Origin: the human T2T-CHM13v2.0 reference genome, Homo sapiens
DNA: 64,000 bases
Reading direction: 5' to 3' (one strand)
Assembly: GCF_009914755.1 (NCBI RefSeq)
Contig: NC_060925.1
In this document: one piece after another, positions 51,541 through 64,000 of the stretch
How positions within the stretch are numbered: the first letter of the stretch is position 1
Layout of the letters: each line of letters begins with the position of its first letter
Translations under genes and position numbers: made by a program
The notes under the pieces: model-generated
What the model was told of the DNA's origin: nothing
Seen by the model: the letters and a program-made list of their open reading frames with translations, nothing else
Database searches by the model: none

Positions 51541-53357
51541 TTTCTGTTCTACTTCTTCCACAACAATGCATAACATCTTTATCACAGTACTCATTATCCA
51601 TCACTGTAATTTCTAATCTTCTTTTCTTCTATGCAAGCCTAGACAAAACACACTATATTCAATGCCAAAGACTTAGAAGGTAGATAAATACATCTGGAAG
51701 TCATGTAGTTAGCTAGATTTCAGGACATAAGTGGGCTTTGAAATAGATCTTGAAGAAACAATTGGTTGTGTGCAAGGTAGCAGTGGCAGAACAGACAAGG
51801 TTGGGTGAGCCAAGTGCTAACTAGGCTGACATGAATCCTGAGTGGTTAGAGGAAGGTGAGATGAGGTGATTATAGCTCAGGTGATGATGAAGGAAAAGAG
51901 TTTATGCTGGAAAATGTTGGGGACTAAAAGCCACAGGAAGGCAGTGATGGGATGTGATTTGTGAAGTCTAAGAAAGTTTGCAGTAGCAGTACTTTGCATG
52001 CTCTGGGACTATATACACTGGCAAAGGGAAAAGGGAAGTGAAGCATTTAACTGGTAAATTTCAAAAATATAAGTGGACATATGGATAATTCAGGTATGTA
52101 CCTCCTTTTCTAATGTAGTGCTGGAATGGCCAGATGCCCCCCCATGAATAGCTGATAAGTTTTCTTATATCGACAAGTACAACATATGTTAATTCAGTGT
52201 TTCTAATACATCAACTTCCTTTACAAGTTGTTTTGCCATATCCGTGTACTCCTTGTAATTTTATTAATATTTTTATTTAAATCAATTTAGATCTTAGAAA
52301 ACATATACTTTTTTCAAAGGTAACATTATATAAATAAAAAACCATTTGCCTTCTCTTAAAAAGAAGATAAAAGTAGTCAAGACAAAGATATTGACCATAA
52401 ACCGTATAAATCATCTCATATATTATGAGTAATACACATACTATGGTTTGGAAAAGATTGCATTATTTCTTTAGATTGATATATACATATTTTCATTGTT
52501 TTATAAGTCAGGCAAGCAAAGCTAGGGGAAATTAAGTTGGTGCTTAAGGTCACACTATTGCTCACAGAAAAAGTTAGGACAAATACCCAGGTTGTGTGCT
52601 CTAATCTGGTATTTATTATAGCCCAAAAGAAGGCAATTGCTAAGTAGGGCCCTGAAAAGACAAAACCTAAAGCGGGGTTGGTAGAAGTGTGCTCCCAGTG
52701 TGACCAGGGAGCAGGGTGGTGGCATTGGGACCTGGCTAGATAAAGAGGCCCCAGGCTATTTAAATATCCTAGATGACCCTCAGTGAGAAAGATCTCTGGG
52801 AATACAGCTTGATATTGGGGTCTCCATCCTCACATCCACCCATCCTTGGCCACTTAAATTCAATTCTGTTCTGAAACCCATAGTAGGGCTAGAAATAATT
52901 TCCAGCCTGGAAGCCATTTGGAGGTCCTGAGGATAGCCTACACCTATTTAGAAATTTTTATCTCTAACAGATGGTGGTTCTGTGAGAGGAATCTTTGGGA
53001 TTAAACCAGAGGCCAAGCCTCTGGATGAGCTTCCGTCAAGTGCTTGTCCTCCAGCTTTTTTCCATGGTGCTTTGAGAATCCATCTGGTGACATCCAATCT
53101 GTAAATGTCATAGAGCACAAGAAATATGGGATGGCCTCAGTCTGGGATAGAATAAATAAGATTTTAGGAAGCTCCTGAGGGAGTCCAAGTCCTAGGAACA
53201 ATGCTAATAACTATATATCAAAGGAGAATTAAATGACACATTCCTTAGAATTACACATTAAATATTTAATTAAGTATGTAGTAGGTGCTAAATAAATGCT
53301 TATTAGGAAAATATAACAGTTTTTGAAGTCTTTCCTCAATGGCAGATTATATACTCA

Positions 53358-53425
53358 GTTGAACCTACCTTTTTAATAGGTAACAATGGTTCAATATTGG
53401 TAATTTCAAATAGTTCAACCTAATA
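53358..53425. mobile_element. MADE2-like mariner-derived MITE remnant
   Basis: Inverted ends gttgaac ... gttcaacctaata with aatattggtaatttca. Confidence 0.55.
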
Positions 53426-53698
53426 CTTTGGCAGAAAGTATGAGTTGGGCATTGTAGACTCTGTAGACTCCTGTCATAACTCTGTAACAAAGGTGTTACA
53501 TTTGATCAAACCACATGACTTTTCTAGTTCACAGTTTCTTCCACTCTTTGACATTGACATTGGAATAAACTGTTCCAACTTAGAAATGTGTTTGATTAAT
53601 TAAATTGGAAAACAAAATATTCCCATTTCCACAGGGATCTCTCTTGTTGCCGTTATTTAAACATACCCACTTCTCTCCTATCATCACCTACTCTTTAG

Positions 53699-54085
<387 letters not shown>

Positions 54086-56797
54086 TGAGGAGAATTGACA
54101 ACTTTACTATGTTGAGTCTTCCAATCCGTGAACATGATATATTTCTGTACTTGTTTAAATCTTTCATTTCTTTAATTGAAATTGTGTAGTTTTTTTCAGC
54201 ATAGAATTTCTGTATACATTTTGTTAGACTTATGTCTAACATTTTTCTGGAATTATAACTGGTATTTTAAGTTTTTGTGTCCATATAGAAATATATAGAA
54301 ATATTGATGTTGGTATATATATCTTGTATCCTGTAACATATCTATCATCACCTAAGGATGCATTACAAGAACGTTGTAGTAATTCAATGTTGTTGAAGAT
54401 CCTTGTTGATTTTCTGTCCAGTTTTTAAGCAATGCATAATTGTATTTCATATTGAGTAGGTTGTGGTGGTTGTGTTCTTTAAGGAAGTGGTATATTCAAT
54501 CAAAGTTCTCAAATGTATGGATGTAGAACTCTGTAGTATTCCATATTATCCTTTTGATTCTGTAAGCCCTGTAGTTGATATCCTCAGTTTCCTTCCTGAT
54601 ATTTGTAGTTTTTGCCTTCTCTCTTTTTTTTCTGCAGACTTCCTAGAAGTTTGTCAATTTAATTGACCTTTGTCAAAAACCATCCCTTTGTTTCATTTAA
54701 TTTTCTTTATTATTTTTCTATCTTCAGTTTCAGTGATTTCTGCTCTTATTTTTGATTTTTCCTTGCTTCTGCTTGCTTTGAGTTTATTTCATATTTGTTT
54801 TTTAGGATCTTGAGACGGAGTTTACATTTTTTTTTTTTTAGAAATTCTCTTTTTTTCTAATGTATGCATTTAGTGCTATAAATTACACTCTCAGTGTGGT
54901 TTGGCTGTCACTCAAAAGTTTTTATATGTTGTATTTCATCAAAAATTTTCTTTGAGATTTCCTATTTGACCCACGAATTATTTAGGCATGTGTTGTTTGG
55001 TTTACAAATGTTTGGTAAATTTTTTCACCATCTTTCTGTCACTGATTTATAGTTTGATGCCACTGTTATCAGAGAATGCACTCTGTATCATTTCAATTAT
55101 TTTAAATTTGTGGGGTTTATTTTATGGCTGAGGGTATGATCTACTTTGGAATATGTTCCATGGGCATTTGAAAAGAATGCACATTCTGATGTTGGGTGAA
55201 GTGTTCTATAAGTGCTGATAAAATTCTATAGTTGTTGTAGTAATTCAACGTTGTTGAAGATCCTTGTTGATTTTCTGTCCAGTTGTTCTGTCAGTTGTTT
55301 AGTTACTGAAGTTTACACCTGTAATTGTGGATTTGCCTATTTCTCCTTTAAGTTCTGTCAGTTTGCTCTTCTTGATAGATTGATTATTTTATTAATATGT
55401 TATATCATTCTTTGCTTCTGGTAATTTTCTTTGCTCCAAAGTCTACCCTATCTGATGTTAATATAGCTGCTCTTCTTTTTCTTTGATTTCCCCATCATTT
55501 TACTTTCAACTTGACTATATTGCTATATTCAAAGAATGTTTCTTATAGACAGCATACAGTTAGGTGATTTTAAAAAATCCATCCTGTTTTTTAATTGGTG
55601 TATTTTAATAATTTATGTATGATGTAATGATTGTTATGCTAGGGCTAAGTCTGCCATTTTAGTTTTTGTTTTCTCTTTGTCCTCTCTGTTTTCCATTTCT
55701 CTGTTTTCTTTTTCTTGTCTACAGTGTATTATTTGGACATTTTTAGAATTCCATTTTGATTTGTCTATAGTATCTTTGAGTGTATCTCATTGTAAAGCTT
55801 TTATTTTAGTGTTTTGCCTGTTTATTACATTATATATACACAACTTAACACAGTTTACTGATGTTATCATTTTATCAGTTTGAAGTATGGAAACCATACC
55901 TCTCATATTCTTTTACCCTCTCCCATGTATAGTTGTCTAACATATTTATTTTTTACATATTTAGAACCATATCAGATAGTGTTGCAATTTTTTCTCCAAT
56001 TGTCAAAAATACTTTAGAACTAAACTCAAGAAAAGAAGAAAAACCTACTATTTTAGCCCACATTTTTGCTTACTGTGTTCCTTTTTTCCCCTGAATCCCA
56101 AATTTCTTTTATTACCTCCTTTCTGTTTAGAGAATTTCTTTTAGGCATTCTTTCAGTGCATATTTGCTCATGACAAATTCTTAGTTTTCTTTCACCAGAG
56201 AATGTCTTGATTTCTCCTTCATTCCTGAAGGACAGTCTCCTTAGATTTAGAATTCTGGGTTGATACTTTTGCTTTCACCACTCTGGTTTCTAATGAAAAA
56301 TTAATTGTCATTCTAATTGGTTTTCTCTTACAGGGAAGGTATCATTTTTTTTTTTCTGGCTGCTTTCAAGGTTTTTTTTTTTTTCCTTTGCTTAGTATTC
56401 AGAAATTTGATTATGTTGTGTCTTGGCTTTAACTTCTTTGAATTTATCCTATTTGGATTTATTCTGCTTCTTGAGTGGATACGTTTATGTTCCTTACTAA
56501 ATTTGGCATGCTTTTAGCTACTATTTCTTCAAATGCTTTTCAGCCCTGTTGTACTCTTTCTTCTCTCCTTTCAGGATTCCAATAACACAAATGTTGGATC
56601 TTATAGTCCTACTAGTCTCTTGGCTCTGCTACTTTAAAAAAAATAAAGTATTTTTTCTCTTGTTCAAATTGCACAATTTCTATTGTTTTATCTTTTAGTT
56701 TACAGATAAAAGATGTTTTATCTTTTAGTTTACAGATTTAGTTTACAAATCCTCTGTTCTCTCCATTCTGTTGTTGATTGCATCCACTGAGTTTGTA

Positions 56798-57127
<330 letters not shown>

Positions 57128-57300
57128 TAAAATTTCCATTTGGTTCTTCTTTACATCTTTTATTTCTTTGATGTGGCTATTTTTTTTCATTCATTTCAAA
57201 TTTGTTCATACTTACTAATATGTTTTTATCATTCTGCTTTAAATCCTTTGTCAGATAATTCTACCTTCTCTGTCATCTTGGTGTTGGCATTTAGGGATGA

Positions 57301-59107
<1,807 letters not shown>

Positions 59108-60549
59108 ATCTGCTTCCTTTTCTTTCTTTTCTTTTTTTTTTTTTTTTGGTGTGATTTTTTTTATTGGAAACTGAATATTTTTGTATTTTGCTCCAAGACT
59201 CTGGATCTTATTTAAACCTTTAGTTTTAGCATGCTTTCTCTGGCATTGCTCCAACAATGGAAGGGAGCGTGCCTCCTCATTACTATCACATGGAAGTTCC
59301 CCACTGGCCTCAAATTAAACCAAAAGTGGAGCTTCTCATGACTGCTGGGTAGAGGTAGGAGTTCTGGCTCCCCACATGGTTCCTAATGACACTGCAGGAG
59401 GAGGGAAAAAGAAACATGCTTATTACTGGTCAGTAGAAATAAAGTTTCTGGTTCCTACTTGGTCCTCTTTGACACCACTGCTGTGGAAATGGTGGGACAT
59501 CTCATTATACCCTAGTGAGGATGGAAGTTTAGGCTTTCCTTTCACCTTTTGCTGGTGTGGGTATAGATGGGATCACAATTTCCTGTGGTGTTTGGCTAGA
59601 GTAGAAAAGTTATTGTCTGAAAGTTTTCTGTCTTACTTGGTTGCTTCTTTTCTGGTCCCTTGGCTTGAGGGAGAAGATTTTTGTTGGGACTTTTTTTGAT
59701 TGTTGTTATGACACATTGGCATTTCCAGGTTGTGGTCTTTTTCACCTCCAGGTCTGGGACATATGAGGCAAAAACAACACTCAAGGAATTCACCAAGACA
59801 CTCTTTCTTGGGTCCAGATGTCCTTAGCCTTCTTTTTGCTTTTCAGTCTTACAATCTTCATTTTACATATAATGTCCAGTTGTGCTCAGTGGGAGGAATA
59901 GGGAAAAGTATAGACAGTCTATTTTCCCAGAAGTAGAACTCCCAGAGAATATAGTATTTTAAAAGGATCTTTGGTAATCCAAACACATTTATGAGATAAA
60001 GGAAATATAACGTTATTTTAAGCTCCAGCCGTCCATCTTATTTTGCAATTGTGAGGATCACAGACTGCCTAAATGACTGACTTACTGACCAACTAACTGA
60101 TTAATAATAAAATTTCTGCACATTTATCAATAAAAGAAATAATATATGACTAGTATCAGGGTTAGAGTTAATAGCCAGTGACTGATGCTGAGGCTTATAA
60201 AAGCTATTTTTTTCCTCTATAAAAATGTTTTTGCATTATCTAACAAAAACTATTGAAATTCTAGATGCTGTGTACTATGAATTTTCCTCTATTTATTTTC
60301 AAATTCTCCTAGTCATTGTGGGTTTAAGCGATAAAAGAAATAAAGTTTGCTGAAAATTACCCTATTTACTTTCAGTCTGAAGTTTTGTTCATGGGTGAAA
60401 AGAAATCTGGTGTTTCTTCACTCTTTTGACAGATAAATTTTTTTAGCTATTTAGCTTTACTTCATTGTTTAGATACTTCCACAATATAGGAGCATAAAAA
60501 TTAGAGCTCAGTATTCTGACCCCCTCTTCATAGTATTACAGTAGTATAA

Positions 60550-61250
60550 ACTTGGTAAAATTTGACTGATGAATGACTGAGGCTATCCACAAACTCGGAG
60601 AGTCACTTTATAAAGGAACTGTCTCAGCTTTCCAGTGGCATAGACGAATCTTAACAATGCTGGCTGGAGGTCATATTTTATCCTCAGTATTGGAGAAACG
60701 GTAATTTGGCAATTATGCAGAGAAATAACTGCTCTGCAATGATAATCAGCATCTGTTAATGACTCAAAATGTGATTAACAGAGGTAATTTTTGATAATTT
60801 GAGTGAATAAAGGCCATCTTCTTCCCCGGCAGGCCACAGGAAATAGGTGTGGGATTATCAGGCTGGCAGGCACAGGCATTCTGCCAACTTTGATGGTTAT
60901 TGAAATTGTGTGTGAAGCTCTCAATGAGTTTTTCAAAATGATCCTTGTAATAACAACAGATAAAACATATTATCTGAAGAGGCCAAGACCAAAGAATCAC
61001 AATGTTTCACAAAATTTGTTAGTGAGAACAAATCATTCCTGGAAACTCCAGCAAATGGCAAATCACTTTGGGCAGTAAATGGTCAATAACATGGCATTGC
61101 CAGAAACAATTATCTACAGTTCACACCCCAGCTAGCAAATCATCCCAGCCTCTTGTCAAGTGGGGGGCCAGAGTCATGCTTCATTAACTGTGACAGTTTG
61201 ACTATAACAAAGAACAGCAGACATAGAATAATAAAAAATAAGTATTGTTA
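60550..61250. promoter_or_regulatory. Candidate enhancer (repeat-free, TF-motif dense)
   Basis: AP-1 TGACTCA 60760-66; several WGATAA; E-box CATCTG 60750-55; NFI-like CAGGC-N5-GCCAA 60873-87; TEAD CATTCCT. Confidence 0.35.
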
Positions 61251-61439
61251 TTTTATGTTTTCCAACAAAGCCAACAGCCATAATGTAATATCGTTATTGT
61301 TTGCAAAATGCTATTTTCTTCTCTGACCAGAATTTCTGGACGGATTTTGGAAGTGTGAAGGTGATGTGGAGAATGCACAAAAAGCTTGCTCTGGTTGTTA
61401 CCTTCCTAGACACTTTAGTGATGGAACAGGACTTGTTGA

Positions 61440-61596
61440 CGGGCCAGGTGTTTCTTGCCCTCATTCCGGTAAACCGACAACCTTCCAGCGTGGGTGTTAT
61501 GGCCAACATGAACATGTCACAGTGCTGCAGAGATTTTGTTTATGGCCAGTTTTGGGGCCAGTTTATGGCCAGATTTTGGGGGGCCTGTTCCCAACA
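61440..61596 (-). mobile_element. MER9 (HERV-K9/HML-3) LTR, only the first ~157 bp
   Basis: Minus strand TGTTGGGAACAGGCCCCCCAAAATCTGGCCATAAACTGGCCCCAAAACTGGCCATAAAC. Confidence 0.85.
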
Positions 61597-61669
61597 TAGT
61601 ACAAAACAAATTTTAGATCATTTTAATAATAAAGTTGTATGTAATTTAGTTTAATATGACTCAGCTATC

Positions 61670-62020
61670 TGGAGGTTTTCAAAGTTTTTAAAGTTTGCAT
61701 GCTCCTCTCATAATTTCCTTTAGTATTTGTGTCGTTTCATTTTCTAAAATTAAAATCTCTTTTTCATTTGGAATTTATCCTTGGGTAAGCAAGAAGAATG
61801 ATAACATTATTTTTTGCCACATAGATATCTCTAGTTATTCTCACATCACTTATTAAAAAGTCTACAACTTTTTCACTTATTTGAGGTGCTGCCTTAGCAT
61901 ATACTACATTTTCATATAAAATTGGGTCTATTTTAGATTATTTAATTATTCTGCCTATTCACATGTGAATGCCATGCTATTTAGTTATAACTTGCTCATA
62001 ATATTAAATATATTGTACTA
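61670..62020 (-). mobile_element. Ancient L1M/L1ME ORF2 fragment
   Basis: catttggaatttatcc...tagttattctcacatcacttattaaaaagtc. Confidence 0.5.
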
Positions 62021-62034
62021 CATGGTTCTGTAAA

Positions 62035-64000
62035 TTTTTATTTTAATTTTCAACTTTTATTTTAGATTCCAGGGGTACATATGTAGTTTTGTTATGAAGA
62101 TATGTTGCATGATGCTGGAGTTTGGAGTACGATTGAACTTATCACTCAGGAAGTAGGCATAGTATCCAATAAGTAGTTTTTCAAACTTTGTCTTCCCCTA
62201 CTCTTGAATTTTCCAGTGTCTATTGTTCCTATTTTTATAAATATGTCCATGTGTACCCAATGTGTAGCTCCCATTTGTAAGTGTGAACATGGAATATTTC
62301 ATTTTTTGTTTAGTTTGCCTAGGTAAATGGCCTCCAGCTGCATTCATTTTACTGCAAATGAAATGATTTTGTTCTTTTTTATGGCTGTGTAGTATTCTGT
62401 GATGTATACATGGAGGAACCACTTCACCACTGATGGGCACCTGGATTTGCTCCATGTCTCTTTGCTATTGTGAATAGTGCTTCAGTGAACATGCACACGC
62501 ATGTGTCTTTATAATAGAACAATGTCTATTCCTTTGGGTATATACCCAGTAATAGGATTGCTAGGTGGAATGGTATTTCTCTCTTTAAATCTTTGAGGAA
62601 TCATCACACTGTCTTCCACAATGGCTGACCTAATTTACACTCCAACCAACAGTGTATAAGCATTCCTTTTTCTCCACAACCTCACCAGCATGTATTATTT
62701 TTTGACTTTTTAATAATAGCCATTCTGACTGGTGTGAGATGGTATCTCACTGTGGTTTTGATTTGCATTTCTCTGATGATTAGTGATGTTGAGCTTTTTT
62801 TTTCATATATTTGTTGGCTGCTTACATGTATTCTTTTCAGAAGTATTTGTTCATGTCCTTTGCCCACTTTTTAATGAGGTTGTTTTTTGCTTGTTGATTT
62901 AAGTTCCTTATAGATGATGGATATTAGGCCTTTGTCAGGTGCATAGTTTGTGACTATTTTCTCCTGTTCTGTAGGTTTTGTTTATTATGTTGATAGTTTC
63001 CCTTGCTGTGTAGAACCTCTTAGGTTTAATTAGGTCCAACTTGTCAATTTTTGTCTTTGTTGTAATTGCTTTTGGGGACTTAGCCATAAATTCTTTCACA
63101 TATTTGGGTTGATGTTGAGAAGGGTATTTTCTAGATTTTCTTATAGGATTTTTATAGTTTGAGGTCATATATTTAAATCTTTAATCTATCTCAAATTAAT
63201 TTTTATATATGCTGAAAGGTATGGGTCCAGCTTCAATCTTCTGCATAGAGTTAGTCAGTTATCCCAACACCATTTATTGAATAGGGACTCCTTTCCTCAT
63301 TGCTTGTTTTTGTTGGCGTTGTCAAAGATAAGATGGTTGCAGTTGTGTGGCTTTATTTCTGAGTTACCTATTCTATTCCATTGGTCTATGTGTCTGTTTT
63401 TGCGTGAGTACCATACTGTTTTGGTTACTGTAGCCTTGTAGTATAGTTTAAAGTCAGGTAATGTGATGCTTCTTGCTTTGTTCATTTTGTTTAGTACTGT
63501 CTTGGCTATTCAGAATCTTTTTTGGTTCCATGTGAATTTTAGAAGAGTTTTTTTCCAATTCTGTAAAAACAAGATGTTGGTAGTTTGATAGAACTAGCAT
63601 TAAATCTGTAGACTGCTTTGGGCAGTATGACCATTGTAATGATATTGATTCTTCCAATCCATGAGCATAGTATGTTTTTTCATTTGTTTGCATCACCTCT
63701 GATTTTTTTTCACAAATATTTTGCAGCTCTCCTTATAGAGGTCTTTCATTCCTGGGCTGGATTTATTCTGAGGTATTTTATTTACTTTGTGGCTATTGAA
63801 AATGGCTTTGCATTCTTGATTTGACTCTCAGTCTGCACATTATTGGTATATAGAAATGCTACTGATTTTTGTACATTGATTTTGTGTCCTGAAACTTTAC
63901 TAAAATTATCAGTTTTAGGAGCCTTTTGGCAGAGTCTTTAGGGTTTTCTAGATATAGAGTATCATTAGCAAAGAGAAATAGTTTGATTTCTTTTTTTCCT
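62035..64000 (-). mobile_element. L1PA15/16-like LINE-1 3' portion, running off the window
   Basis: caacttttattttagattccaggggtacat 3' end; ORF2 fragments (62682-62867, 63297-63485). Confidence 0.9.

Overview
AT-rich, CpG-poor primate (human-like) genomic DNA, roughly two-thirds of it interspersed repeats. These include Alu J/S/Y and FLAM monomers, MIR, L2, several L1s (L1PB4-like, near full-length L1PA10-like, L1MC/ME, 5'-truncated L1PA4, L1PA16-like), LTR elements (THE1C, MLT1, MLT2A1, LTR1, LTR33, MER9) and DNA transposons (full-length Tigger2 with nested insertions, Tigger3a, MADE2). Subfamily names come from my recall of consensus sequences, not from a RepeatMasker run. I recognise no intact cellular gene, RNA gene or CRISPR array. 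The only long ORF (57325-58893) is the C-terminal half of L1 ORF2p. Four things most deserve follow-up. (1) A series of + strand, splice-site-flanked, purine-rich islands, partly phase-consistent but full of stops, may be the fossil exons of a dead multi-exon gene or a lncRNA; this is speculative. (2) Three same-orientation, locally templated insertions have donors 0.9-1.4 kb downstream. (3) An LTR1 solo LTR has kept about 37 CpGs. (4) There is a candidate L1 3' transduction, an AT-rich palindrome inside MLT2A1, and a motif-dense repeat-free enhancer candidate. I found no convincing novel biological system.
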